This document shows, piece by piece, positions 47,617 through 57,042 of a stretch of DNA of 64,000 nt. The notes beneath the pieces are model-generated. The model made no database searches and was not told the DNA's origin. It saw only the letters and a list, made by a program, of their open reading frames with translations. The translations under genes were made by a program, and so were the position numbers. The stretch lies in assembly GCA_964641545.1 (NCBI GenBank), contig CAZXLT010000003.1, forward strand, positions 23,818 to 87,817. Direction: 5' to 3'. The stretch is from an uncultured Candidatus Saccharibacteria bacterium. Its GTDB lineage: Bacteria; Patescibacteriota; Saccharimonadia; Saccharimonadales; AWTP1-31. How positions within the stretch are numbered: the first letter of the stretch is position 1; every line of letters starts with the position of its first letter.

Positions 47617-47635
47617 ATTGTGTTTTTTACACAAT
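47617..47635. other. Perfect 7 bp inverted repeat ATTGTGT-5 nt-ACACAAT overlapping the FKBP stop codon, 10 nt upstream of the -35 box of the glutaredoxin promoter
   Basis: Read directly from the sequence. It could be a weak AT-rich terminator for the FKBP gene or a protein-binding palindrome. Confidence 0.3.
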
Positions 47636-48189
47636 TATTCGCCAATTTTCACTAGTTCAATATCGAACACCAGATCAGCATTAGCCGGGATATTAGACCC
47701 GCTCGGAGGATTTGCTCCATACGCCTGAGCGGCAGGAATTAGCAGTCGCCGCGTTCCTCCAACCTTCATACCAGGAACACCTTCTTGCCAACCCTGGATG
47801 ACATTACTAAGTGGAAACGTAGCAGGCTGTCCGCTATCTTTTGAGCTTTGGAATATTATTCCTGTAGCTGCAACAGCGCCAGTATAGTGAGCGGTCACAG
47901 TGTCACCCGGCTTTACTTCATCGCCGTCGCCTTCTTTTTGGTCGATCTTCTCTAGTGCCTCAATTTTTTGAATGGGATCAAACCCGTTTAATTTTGTGCC
48001 TTCCAAACTATTCTCCTTTTTTGTACTTTCGGTTGTTGGATTCTCAGTTGTCAGCTCTTTTGCTTGCTTAGCTGCTTGATTATCTTTGTGCATCTGCCAT
48101 ACTACGAGCCCACTAAAACCTACTGAGGTCAGTAAGAACAATACTGCACCAGTAAATGCTGCTACCCTATGAACTTTAGATGTTGCCAA
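47635..48189 (-). CDS. Membrane-anchored FKBP-type peptidyl-prolyl cis-trans isomerase
   Basis: N-terminal TM helix and FKBP core GDTVTAHYTG...NVIQGWQEGVPGMKVGGTRRLLIPAAQAYG. TTG start (48187-48189) preceded by AAGGAGGAGG. Confidence 0.88.
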   Translation of the reverse strand: MATSKVHRVAAFTGAVLFLLTSVGFSGLVVWQMHKDNQAAKQAKELTTENPTTESTKKENSLEGTKLNGFDPIQKIEALEKIDQKEGDGDEVKPGDTVTAHYTGAVAATGIIFQSSKDSGQPATFPLSNVIQGWQEGVPGMKVGGTRRLLIPAAQAYGANPPSGSNIPANADLVFDIELVKIGE

Positions 48190-48237
48190 AACCCTCCTCC
48201 TTAGGTCTGTTAGTATAACGCAGTTCGTGAATTGCGG

Positions 48238-49614
48238 CTACCCATTGCCGCGATGTAGAGTGACAGGTTTTTGAGCAGCCGAAGCAACGACATCGGTTAC
48301 TAAGTGCTCAGGCACATTACGCCAAAACACCGTCCAATTACTGCCGTCAGGACCTGTTGCTCTTTGGTAATTATCTGCAATGTCCCGGTAGTTACTGTTA
48401 TACGGATTATCAGGAGCTGCTCGCCAAAAAAGTCCGTGTTCCCTTGCAGCATCTTCTATAATTTGCCGAGCAACACCACGACCGCGCGCCCGTGCTGCAA
48501 CTGCAAGCTTGTCCATATACAAAACCTTGGCTTTTCCTAGCGGTTCAGAGTCGGGTTGCGTAAATATTCCTACTCCAGCATAGTCCTGCGGCGTTATGAC
48601 AATTTTTGCGATATTCTGTGTCTCAAAATAGTCTGCAGGTAAGCTGGCCTGGAAGACATCTTCGATCATTTTTCTTAGCCTTTGTTTGCTAACCGGGAAA
48701 TCATGCCCGGGAGATACTTCATAGCTTGCCAGCTCTGCCTCGGCGGTTAACATCGTACCGTAGCCTTCATGGGTGAATAACTCTTGGATCAGCTCGGGAC
48801 CAACCATAACTACATCGTTCACCGCACGATGCGCGATAAGGTCAAAGGCTTCGTCCACTTTTTTGCGCATACCGCCATCAAGCACAAGCGTTCCTTTGTT
48901 TTCCATTTCCGAGCGCAAGCTCGGCGTAAGATACGGTATTAAACCACGAAAGGTGTCAAAAACACCCCCAGTTGGGGTAATTGCCAAGTATTTTAGTGGC
49001 GCCAAACTTTCAACAACTGCTGCTGCTGCATCGTCACCATTAACGTTTAGCGTACGTCCACCTTCATCACGACCGAGACAACTGATTATTGGGATTGTTC
49101 CGCTCGCTGCAATGGAAGCGATTTTGCGGTAATCAACATTGATAACCCTTCCAACTTCGCCATACGAAGAACGATCCAGGTCGGTTGCACTAATAATTCC
49201 ACTAAACGGGACTGCTGCTGCACCATATTGACGTATCCTGCTTGCAAGCGACTTTCCGACGCCTTCCATAACGTCTTCGATAACCGGGATAGCCTCTTCA
49301 GGCGTAACGCGCAGCCCGTCAACAAATTTCGACTCAATACCTGCCTCGTCGTACGCACGACTTATCTGACTACCACCGCCATGTACAACAACGAGTGGGT
49401 ATCCCAGCCGCCTTAAGTACCCAGCACTGTGTGCAAAATGGTCAAGCTGACTAGGATCATCGACAATTCCTCCGCCTACCTTTGCCACAGCAAAGCCTGC
49501 AGGTCCTCGCTCATCCAACGCAGCATCAAAGACGGTCATGTTGTGATGTGCGCCTGGTGCAACGCTAGCTAGGTCCCTTCTGACAGCAATCACCGCAGGG
49601 TCAAATTCTCTCAT
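48238..49614 (-). CDS. Amino-acid kinase domain fused to an acetyltransferase domain (N-acetylglutamate synthase/kinase-like)
   Basis: AAK motifs VVVHGGGSQI and NVNGDDAAAAV. The C-terminal domain has LAVAARARGRGVARQIIE (GNAT motif A-like RxxGxG/A) and FWRAAPDNPYN...WTVFWRN. Confidence 0.7.
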   Translation of the reverse strand: MREFDPAVIAVRRDLASVAPGAHHNMTVFDAALDERGPAGFAVAKVGGGIVDDPSQLDHFAHSAGYLRRLGYPLVVVHGGGSQISRAYDEAGIESKFVDGLRVTPEEAIPVIEDVMEGVGKSLASRIRQYGAAAVPFSGIISATDLDRSSYGEVGRVINVDYRKIASIAASGTIPIISCLGRDEGGRTLNVNGDDAAAAVVESLAPLKYLAITPTGGVFDTFRGLIPYLTPSLRSEMENKGTLVLDGGMRKKVDEAFDLIAHRAVNDVVMVGPELIQELFTHEGYGTMLTAEAELASYEVSPGHDFPVSKQRLRKMIEDVFQASLPADYFETQNIAKIVITPQDYAGVGIFTQPDSEPLGKAKVLYMDKLAVAARARGRGVARQIIEDAAREHGLFWRAAPDNPYNSNYRDIADNYQRATGPDGSNWTVFWRNVPEHLVTDVVASAAQKPVTLHRGNG

Positions 49615-49656
49615 AAGTATATTTTACCACTTTTATAAGGTTTTGCCAAGTATTGC

Positions 49657-50109
49657 CTACAATTTTATTGGGGTTGTTGGCCATCCATGCGACAGGCTGT
49701 GAATAATGGCTTTTTGGAGTGTCGGTGTCCTAAACGGCAAGCTGCCAAGTGCGTTAACTTCTGCCCAAAGTGGTGTGTGTACGTTTATGCCAATGCGATT
49801 CATAAAACCTTCCTCGCTCATTGTCTGAATTTCAATTTTGTCATGCGGCGCTACGTTACACAAAAAAATGTATTGGTCATTGAAGTCGGCACTATGGTGT
49901 TCCTCGATAAATACCATTCGTGCGGCAGTAACAGTTAGCCCAGTTTCTTCTTTGACTTCTCGTACCAACGCCTGCTCAGGGGTCTCTCCATCGTTCAGAC
50001 GTCCGCCAACAAGCGTAAAGTACTTGCTATTGTACTTGTCCCTGTGCATCACAAGGCATTTGTCATCTTCAATAATAATAGCTCGAGCCGCTTTGCCTGT
50101 TTTTCCCAT
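49657..50109 (-). CDS. Nudix hydrolase
   Basis: Nudix box GGRLNDGETPEQALVREVKEETGL. ATG 50107-50109 (MGKTGKAARAIII) is preferred because a TATACT box at 50119-50124 abuts ATG 50116-50118. Confidence 0.8.
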   Translation of the reverse strand: MGKTGKAARAIIIEDDKCLVMHRDKYNSKYFTLVGGRLNDGETPEQALVREVKEETGLTVTAARMVFIEEHHSADFNDQYIFLCNVAPHDKIEIQTMSEEGFMNRIGINVHTPLWAEVNALGSLPFRTPTLQKAIIHSLSHGWPTTPIKL

Positions 50110-50118
50110 TGTGCGCAT

Positions 50119-50124
50119 AGTATA
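50119..50124 (-). promoter_or_regulatory. -10 TATACT, 9 nt upstream of ATG 50109 of the Nudix gene (leaderless candidate)
   Basis: Minus strand reads GGTGTATACTATGCGCACAATGGGA. Confidence 0.35.
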
Positions 50125-50128
50125 CACC

Positions 50129-51895
50129 CTAGCCTGCAATCTCAAATGCCTTGAGTTTGGTGTCTGCCATTTTACCTTTACCTTGCTGAAGGTCTAATAA
50201 TTGAGCGTAGATACCACCGGATTTACTTAGTTGTTGAGGCGAACCTACCTCATCGACCTTACCATTTTTTAAGGTCACAATTTGATCAACATGCTGTATC
50301 GTACTGAGTCTGTGCGCAATAATAATTGTTGTACGCCCCTTCATGAGGCGCTGCAAGGCTTGTTGAACCATCTGTTCGCTTTTGCTGTCTAGGCTACTCG
50401 TTGCTTCATCTAAAATTAAGATCGGCGCATCTTTTAACAGCGCCCTGGCTATTGCGATGCGCTGCTTTTGCCCGCCGCTCAATTTTAGCCCACGCTCGCC
50501 AATTTCAGTGTCATACCCTTTATCAAACTTATTGATGAACTCATGTGCATTTGCTGCCTTTGCTGCCGCAACAATCTGCGCTTTAGTGGCGTTCTGATTC
50601 GCGTAACAGATGTTTTCCCTAATCGTACCACTAAAAAGAGCCGGATCCTGAAAGACAACACCAATGTTAGAGCGTAGGCTGTGCTGCGTCACATGCTGTA
50701 TGTCTTGACCATCAATCACAATAGATCCATTCTGCGGTTCGTAAAGACGGAGCAACAAGTTAGTTAATGTTGTCTTGCCTTCACCACTTTCACCAACCAG
50801 CGCAACTTTAGCATTTGCAGGTATAGTAAAACTAATATCACGTACGACCGGTTTTTTATCATATGAAAAACCAACGTTATGAAAGCTTATTTCTCCACTG
50901 GTTATCTTCAAGTTTGCAGCTCCAGGCTGGTCAACGATGCTAGATTTTTTCTGCATAACTGCGAAGTAATCCTTGCTGTCTGCAACAGCACGTTGCGTGC
51001 TGTCAACCAAAAAACTTATTGTGAATATTGGAATTCTAATCTGTTGTGCGTACAGGATAAGTGCAACAGCCTGGCCGGGCGTAAGATACCCTTTCACTGC
51101 CGTCACAAAAACATACAAATACACACCAAGGAATATTATGTTTAACAGCAGCCGACGGTTGACATCCCGAGTATGCCAAAATTTGCTTTGCGGCACATTT
51201 ATTGCGACAGCTTTTTGCGTGTAGTGAGTAAAAAGTGACAGCTCATGTTTTTCTTGCAGAAAGCTCTTAATGACTTTGATCTGTCCGATCGCCTCCGTAA
51301 ACCTACCGTTAGCGATATCATAGTTTGTATTCTTTTTTGCTTGATAGTCTTGCCACTTGTCACTACTGCGTATTGTTAGCCAAATGTACAGGGGATAGAG
51401 TGCTAGCAGCATGAGTCCCACAGGAACGCTATAGTAAAACACAAAGCCCAATGCAAAAATAGTACTAAAAATAAACTGCATAAAATTATTGCTAAACATC
51501 TGCACGAAATTACTGATTTGTAGAACAGAACGGTTTAGCCGATTAATTATCTTCCCCGTGAGTTCAGTATCGAAATATGCTTGTGGCAATGTGAGTAGTT
51601 GCTCGAAGTAGCTAACTGCTAACTTTTTATTTAGCCGAGCAGATAGTTGGTCACCAAGATAGCCGTTAGCATTGTTTAAAAAATTGCCTAGTACATCCAT
51701 TAAAAAAATCAGACATGCTAAAACGACTACGAATGAAACGCGTCCGCTCGTGGATCGGATTTCGTCAATAGCCCAGCCAGAAAAAAGAGGAAGTAAAACC
51801 TGCGTTAAACTTACGAATATGGTTAACACCGATATTCCGACGTAGTAACGCCACAGTGACTTTGTAAAAACGATGATGCGCCAAATGTGTTTCAT
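50129..51895 (-). CDS. ABC exporter, fused permease/ATPase (MsbA/MdlB-like)
   Basis: Six-TM domain followed by an NBD with Walker A GESGEGKTT, signature LSGGQKQR and Walker B ILILDEATS. Confidence 0.9.
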   Translation of the reverse strand: MKHIWRIIVFTKSLWRYYVGISVLTIFVSLTQVLLPLFSGWAIDEIRSTSGRVSFVVVLACLIFLMDVLGNFLNNANGYLGDQLSARLNKKLAVSYFEQLLTLPQAYFDTELTGKIINRLNRSVLQISNFVQMFSNNFMQFIFSTIFALGFVFYYSVPVGLMLLALYPLYIWLTIRSSDKWQDYQAKKNTNYDIANGRFTEAIGQIKVIKSFLQEKHELSLFTHYTQKAVAINVPQSKFWHTRDVNRRLLLNIIFLGVYLYVFVTAVKGYLTPGQAVALILYAQQIRIPIFTISFLVDSTQRAVADSKDYFAVMQKKSSIVDQPGAANLKITSGEISFHNVGFSYDKKPVVRDISFTIPANAKVALVGESGEGKTTLTNLLLRLYEPQNGSIVIDGQDIQHVTQHSLRSNIGVVFQDPALFSGTIRENICYANQNATKAQIVAAAKAANAHEFINKFDKGYDTEIGERGLKLSGGQKQRIAIARALLKDAPILILDEATSSLDSKSEQMVQQALQRLMKGRTTIIIAHRLSTIQHVDQIVTLKNGKVDEVGSPQQLSKSGGIYAQLLDLQQGKGKMADTKLKAFEIAG

Positions 51896-51904
51896 GCCAT
51901 GTTA

Positions 51905-51910
51905 ATTCTA
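51905..51910 (-). promoter_or_regulatory. -10 TAGAAT, 9 nt upstream of the ABC exporter ATG (leaderless candidate)
   Basis: Minus strand reads AAGATAGAATTAACATGGCATGAAA. Confidence 0.35.
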
Positions 51911-51915
51911 TCTTA

Positions 51916-52704
51916 CTAAGGACGAGGTTCGATAGCTTTTCGATATCTCAGCAAGTGGTGACCCAGACCGGCAATAATATTAATTGGCGCAGCTGCTAGT
52001 ACACGAAGATCCTCTTGCAAACTTGCACGCTCATGGCTTTCAATATCTAAGCGAAGAACTCTACGAATTATTTCACGGGAGTCGAGGTGCCCGCGAGGGG
52101 CGTTACGATGATAAAAGTTTGTACCAGCACTCACTAAACCTTTCTTTTCAGAATAAGGACCGCTGAACCACTCATTAAACAAAATCGGATCGGCAACAAG
52201 CCGTGAGACGAGCACTGGATCAATCTGAGATCGAGCTCCTACTAGCGACTCGCGACCGAGAATGACCGGCAAAAACTGAATTGCCTCATCAAGACCCAGG
52301 ATACGTAGCGCATTACCAACCGGTGACGCTTCAGCCTGTACTAACCCATGCTGTCGGGCAGCAATACTATCGTATTCATCCCACAGATTCAGTTCGCTAA
52401 GATGTTCAAGCCATTGTTGATTATCAATTCCAAAATCAAAGTAGTCTTGCAGCAATCCAGGAACGGGAATCGCTAGCTCATTTCCCTCGCCAAGTGTTCT
52501 GAACTTCGTTACAACAAAATGACCAAAACGATCTTGCCGACGCTTTTGATGAAACAAAATGTTATTCGGACCATGTTCGACAGCCGATACAATGCCCACC
52601 CCAGCAGCAGGTATAGAGGCAGCTAGACCTAGTAGTGTTCCACCAAACAAGTCTAGCCCGCGTTTTAAAGCACTGCCCGGATAGGACGAAGCTGTTTCGC
52701 TCAG
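51916..52704 (-). CDS. Divergent PglC/WbaP-like phosphoglycosyl (sugar) transferase; probable non-canonical start
   Basis: ALKRGLDLFGGTLLGL...ILFHQKRRQDRFGHFVVTKFRTL...LRILGLDEAIQFLPVILGRESLVGARS follows the Bac_transf pattern (KRxxD, KFRTM, LDELPQL, SLVGPRP), with an insertion of tens of aa after KFRTL. The conserved KRGLD lies upstream of the only canonical start (TTG 52648-52650). In-frame ATT 52705-52707 and CTG 52702-52704 follow AAGGAG at 52711-52716. Confidence 0.6.
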   Translation of the reverse strand: MSETASSYPGSALKRGLDLFGGTLLGLAASIPAAGVGIVSAVEHGPNNILFHQKRRQDRFGHFVVTKFRTLGEGNELAIPVPGLLQDYFDFGIDNQQWLEHLSELNLWDEYDSIAARQHGLVQAEASPVGNALRILGLDEAIQFLPVILGRESLVGARSQIDPVLVSRLVADPILFNEWFSGPYSEKKGLVSAGTNFYHRNAPRGHLDSREIIRRVLRLDIESHERASLQEDLRVLAAAPINIIAGLGHHLLRYRKAIEPRP

Positions 52705-52710
52705 AATAAA

Positions 52711-52716
52711 CTCCTT
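52711..52716 (-). promoter_or_regulatory. Shine-Dalgarno AAGGAG preceding in-frame ATT/CTG codons of the PglC-like gene
   Basis: Minus strand reads TTTAAGGAGTTTATTCTGAGCGAA. There is no ATG, GTG or TTG in frame between the upstream stop (52741-52743) and TTG 52648-52650. Confidence 0.45.
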
Positions 52717-52762
52717 AAAAGTATCTCGACGACTATACCATCAATGATGTACACGGTAAAGT

Positions 52763-54502
52763 TTACCAGCCACCTCCGCCACCACCTCCGCCACCACCGC
52801 CAGAGAAGCCGCCGCCACCAAAACCGCTACTTCCACTACTGCTGGGCGCACTAAAGTTAGTGTTCATAGCCGTGAATGAGTTATTGAGACTTGAAGCTAA
52901 ATACACGCTATTAAAACTCGACCAATTACCTCTATACCACTCGGGAGGTGTTGTGTAGATATCCTCGAATTGCTTTGCCCAAGTCTTTTCAACCCCGAGC
53001 ACAATCGCAAACGGCAAGAGCTTTTCAAAAAGTTCCACTGTTTTCTTAGGTTCGCTTGGTTTAGGCACATACTTAGCATCCGCGCTTTGCAGCATTGCAA
53101 TGCGATCTTTTTCTGCAACGTTTAGGAACAGCTTCAAACCTTCAATCGATTCCTTTGCAGCTACACCTTTGGCGCTACGCTTAGTCATCAATGCTGCAAA
53201 CAAACCAACCAATGCCGAGCTCAGTAGCAAGCCTACGGTCAGCCAAGACCGAATGAACCAGGCACCAAAAAAGAGTACAGCGGCTACAACATACATTCTG
53301 CTGCCAGCTTTGGTCGGGTCTCCATCGAAATAGCCCGCGGTCGTTAGATTCGCAGGCACATCTTTCTGTAGTTTTGTGATGACTTTATAGAATGAGTTCT
53401 TAAGACTCGTAAACTCAACTACAGCCCCCGAACTTAGTGAGGAGAATATGCCATTAATAATCGCTTTTTCGTATTCGTTAAGCTGCGAAATATCACTCTT
53501 TAGCAACTTTAATGAGTAGTTGGTCTTATCTTTTAGGATTTTTTTCTGTTTTTCCTCTACGATCACAATGTATCCACGGACTGCTAGATCAATAATAGTA
53601 GCCGAGACATCCTTTGTGTCGATTCGGTAATCATAGATCATACCAGCCTCGAGAGGAGATAGTTTATTCGGTGGAGAATATTCGGGCACAACAACGCCTC
53701 GCCCTGCTCTATCTTTGCCAAATTTTAACCAACGCTTGAATGCCCACCCGCCAAACAGAAGTGGCGGTAGAAAAACACCAAGAAGTATATGTAAATTATC
53801 TTTTAGATTATCAAGTAGGGTTGGTGGGTTAAAATAACCTTTCTTAAACCCTGTAACGATAGTGAGTGCTTGGCGTGCAGACAGCCCACCATTTGTTCGC
53901 GCTGCAACCTTTCCATCCTCCATGCTGATTGCACAGTTTTGGATTACTGCGCCAAAAGCGCCGGTATAGCAGGCTACGTTGTTGTTCAGCTTGTCATTCG
54001 GCGTAGCTAGTGTTACGTCTACTGACGAAAAGGGTTGATTCCATTGGTCGCCGTTAATATCCCAGTACAGTTCGTCGTGGTTATCATAAAAACTAATGAC
54101 ATTTTGAAGCCTGTACTCAACCTCATAGCTTTGAGGTCCTGTCACTGTCCTATTTGGATCACCGATTTTGAGAACCTCGTTATCGTTCTCGCCATAGGAT
54201 GTATATGAAGCTGGTGCGCCACTAGGTGAACGAACGCCCAGCACCTTCAAATGCAAGGATTTACCCTTATACGTTTTGGGAAGCGACCGGAGAATACCAT
54301 GATTGTTGTCCGTAAACATCACAGTAAGCGATTCTTTAATAGTCAGCTCACCCTGCGGGTCATTATTTGTCAGAGTATAGTCGGCATGAAAATTGGTAAT
54401 CGTAAAGTTGTTAACATCAGCATGAACAGGCTCTACCGAGCCAACAGTCAAAAGAGTCAGTGCTGCAATCAACACCGAAGCAAGGAGTATGCGCAACTTC
54501 AT
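52763..54502 (-). CDS. DUF2207-like membrane protein with poly-Gly C-terminal tail
   Basis: N-terminal signal/TM, an extracytoplasmic domain, a cluster of TM helices, and the tail SSSGSSGFGGGGFSGGGGGGGGGGGW. The ATG shares 1 nt with the pheT stop (TAATG). Confidence 0.7.
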   Translation of the reverse strand: MKLRILLASVLIAALTLLTVGSVEPVHADVNNFTITNFHADYTLTNNDPQGELTIKESLTVMFTDNNHGILRSLPKTYKGKSLHLKVLGVRSPSGAPASYTSYGENDNEVLKIGDPNRTVTGPQSYEVEYRLQNVISFYDNHDELYWDINGDQWNQPFSSVDVTLATPNDKLNNNVACYTGAFGAVIQNCAISMEDGKVAARTNGGLSARQALTIVTGFKKGYFNPPTLLDNLKDNLHILLGVFLPPLLFGGWAFKRWLKFGKDRAGRGVVVPEYSPPNKLSPLEAGMIYDYRIDTKDVSATIIDLAVRGYIVIVEEKQKKILKDKTNYSLKLLKSDISQLNEYEKAIINGIFSSLSSGAVVEFTSLKNSFYKVITKLQKDVPANLTTAGYFDGDPTKAGSRMYVVAAVLFFGAWFIRSWLTVGLLLSSALVGLFAALMTKRSAKGVAAKESIEGLKLFLNVAEKDRIAMLQSADAKYVPKPSEPKKTVELFEKLLPFAIVLGVEKTWAKQFEDIYTTPPEWYRGNWSSFNSVYLASSLNNSFTAMNTNFSAPSSSGSSGFGGGGFSGGGGGGGGGGGW

Positions 54503-57042
54503 TACAGCCTCTTGGCGTCCAGTTTTTGTTCTGCTACGGCGGCAACATCATCAATCACCGCACTAACTTCGTTTGTGGTGAGCGTTTTTTGTGGATGAGT
54601 CAAAGTAATGCGAAAAGTCATGTGCTTGATATCTGGCTTGTCCTGGTAGATGTCTAACGGTCGTAACTCGCTCCAGTAACCATCTTGCTGGCTCGAAAGA
54701 CTGAGCTGGGACTGGATGACAGACACAAGTTCCTGGAATGTCGTTTTGGCTGGAACCGACAAGCTAATGTCCTGGCTGCTCGAAGGAAACCGCGAAAGCG
54801 GACGATACGCTGCCAGCTGCGGTAATTGCTGGAGCAGTTCAATGTCCAACTCGAATCCTGCCGAGAATGCGGGTAGCTTTGCTTCTTGTGTTATAACAGA
54901 TTTGAATTCTCCGACAAACCCATAGATGTTGTTAGCTTGGTCAACAACTACTGCACTGCGTTTCGGCTCGAATGGAGCGGCCCACTGTGCCTCATAATCC
55001 TTCAGTTTATGTCCGCCCAATGGCTCCAGGCGGAGCGTGCTGCTGTCGAGCACACTGTCGAGTGCGCTCCAAAGGTATTTCACGGCCTGATAGTAAGAAG
55101 CACCTGCGTACCGCTTTTTTACGACTTTATCATCACTGGCTATTACGAGAGCCAGATGCTCCAATTCTTTGGGCAGTTTTTCGTCATTCAATTTCTGCTT
55201 ACTGTGAACTGGATTAATTTCGTAGAGCACGAATTCTTCATGACCGGCTTTTATGTTGCTATGCACCTTTTCCAGCAAGCTTGGCAACAAGCTCAGTCGA
55301 TAATACTGCAACGCCGGGCTAAGAGCGTTACTAAGCCTGTATGCGTGTTTCTCATCTTGACCATAATTTGACAACATATCTCCATGCACAAAACTGTAGG
55401 TAAGCAGTTCGCTGGCGCCTGCTTCGCGTAAGTTAACACGGAGCCTAGATTTGAACTCGCGCATCACATTACGCGGGGTCGGTTTGGCGCTTCTTGGCGG
55501 CAAAACCACAGGAAGCTTGTCATAGCCATAAAGACGTCCAATTTCCTCAACAATATCTTCCGGGATCTCCAAATCTGTTCGCCAGAAGGGAGGCGTTATT
55601 TCTAGTTTGTTCCCGTGGACTTCGGTTTGTATTTCTACGTTTTGCAGTAGTTTAGCTGCAGCAGGTGCCGTAAGACTGGATCCAAGCCGCTCGTTTATGA
55701 AATCGATGTCAACTGTAATCAGTTTTTGTTTTGGTAGCGAATTTTTAACATCCTGAACATCGCTGGCGACTTTTCCGCCAGCAAGTTTCTGAATATCCTC
55801 AGTTATTCTGGCAACGACTGCCAAATTCTGTAAAGGACTCTGGCCCTTAGTAAACCTTGTTACCGCATCAGTGAAAACTCCGTACTCCATCGCTGTTCGA
55901 CGAATTGTGTACATGTCCCAGTTTGCGGCTTCTATGATAATGTTTTTAGTGCTGGAATCAACTTCTGTTTCGACGCCGCCCATTGCACCACCAAGACAGA
56001 TAAGGTGATTAGCTGTTGCGACCATCATCGTCTTTTCATTTGGTTTTATTTCTTTACCAGACAATAGCCTGATCTTCTCACCAGATCGTGGGTGCCTTAT
56101 GTGCAGTTCAACGCCATCAGCCCCACCCAAAGCCTTGACTTTATCGTAATCGTACGCATGAATTGGCTGTCCTGTTAAATGCATGTAGTAGTTCGTTAAG
56201 TCAACGATATTGTTTATTGGTTTAATGCCAACACGCTTAAGATCAAACTGAATGTGTAGCGGGCTTGGTTTAACCGCCACATCACTTATAGCGACAGCGA
56301 CAAAGCGCCGCACTAATTTTGGAATATCATTTCTGATGCGTAGTTTGAGCTCTTTTCCTTCAACTTTAGGAAGTGATGGATTCTCTGTATACCAGTCTGG
56401 ACTCTTAAAGGCCTTGCCCTGAATTCCCGCCAACTCACGGGCTACCCCTAATATGCCAAAACAATCTGGACGATGGGTGAACATTTTGTTCTCTAGGTCA
56501 ATTACTGCTTCACCGCTAAGCCACAGCGCTTCTGCAAAACTTGTCCCGGGCTTCGTACCTTTGGCTAGTTGATCAAGTTTTAATACTAAAATGCCTGAAT
56601 GATCCTCACTGATACCTAGCTCTGCTGGACTTGCCAGCATGCCGCTACTCACATAACCTCGGATCTCTCTCGCATCAAGTACGAAAGGATCTTTCTCTAT
56701 TGTTGAAGGCACGGTAGCACCCGGCGGAATCCAAGCAACAGTTAGACCCGCTTGTACGTTTGGCGCACCACAAACAACCTGAACATATCCGTCTTTGTCA
56801 CGCTTGATGTTTTTTACGGCTCCGCCGTCGTCAATAGTACACAAGCTAAGACGGTTGGCGTTTGGGTGCTTAATGCAACTCATGATTTTTACAACCACAA
56901 CCTCTCTGTACCGCGGTCCCCACTGAACCACTTCCTCAACTGCGCCAAGCTGTGCGCCGATTCGTTTTAGAATCTCGTCCGTGCCAATACCAACCAAGTC
57001 GACATTACTGTAGTACTGTGCCCAATTTAACGATACTTTCAT
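54502..57042 (-). CDS. pheT: Phenylalanyl-tRNA synthetase beta subunit
   Basis: 846 aa with an N-terminal tRNA-binding (OB) domain, B3/4 and B5 regions, and a C-terminal anticodon-binding-like domain. Confidence 0.93.
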   Translation of the reverse strand: MKVSLNWAQYYSNVDLVGIGTDEILKRIGAQLGAVEEVVQWGPRYREVVVVKIMSCIKHPNANRLSLCTIDDGGAVKNIKRDKDGYVQVVCGAPNVQAGLTVAWIPPGATVPSTIEKDPFVLDAREIRGYVSSGMLASPAELGISEDHSGILVLKLDQLAKGTKPGTSFAEALWLSGEAVIDLENKMFTHRPDCFGILGVARELAGIQGKAFKSPDWYTENPSLPKVEGKELKLRIRNDIPKLVRRFVAVAISDVAVKPSPLHIQFDLKRVGIKPINNIVDLTNYYMHLTGQPIHAYDYDKVKALGGADGVELHIRHPRSGEKIRLLSGKEIKPNEKTMMVATANHLICLGGAMGGVETEVDSSTKNIIIEAANWDMYTIRRTAMEYGVFTDAVTRFTKGQSPLQNLAVVARITEDIQKLAGGKVASDVQDVKNSLPKQKLITVDIDFINERLGSSLTAPAAAKLLQNVEIQTEVHGNKLEITPPFWRTDLEIPEDIVEEIGRLYGYDKLPVVLPPRSAKPTPRNVMREFKSRLRVNLREAGASELLTYSFVHGDMLSNYGQDEKHAYRLSNALSPALQYYRLSLLPSLLEKVHSNIKAGHEEFVLYEINPVHSKQKLNDEKLPKELEHLALVIASDDKVVKKRYAGASYYQAVKYLWSALDSVLDSSTLRLEPLGGHKLKDYEAQWAAPFEPKRSAVVVDQANNIYGFVGEFKSVITQEAKLPAFSAGFELDIELLQQLPQLAAYRPLSRFPSSSQDISLSVPAKTTFQELVSVIQSQLSLSSQQDGYWSELRPLDIYQDKPDIKHMTFRITLTHPQKTLTTNEVSAVIDDVAAVAEQKLDAKRL

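Noticed and set aside
47617-47635. CRP/FNR-type binding site (TGTGT-N5-ACACA)
   Set aside because: The spacing and half-sites do not fit the TGTGA-N6-TCACA consensus. I kept it only as an unassigned palindrome or weak terminator.
52766-52830. CCACC/GCCGCC run resembling a microsatellite
   Set aside because: It is the reverse complement of a GGN run encoding the poly-Gly C-terminal tail typical of DUF2207-type proteins. It is not an intergenic repeat.
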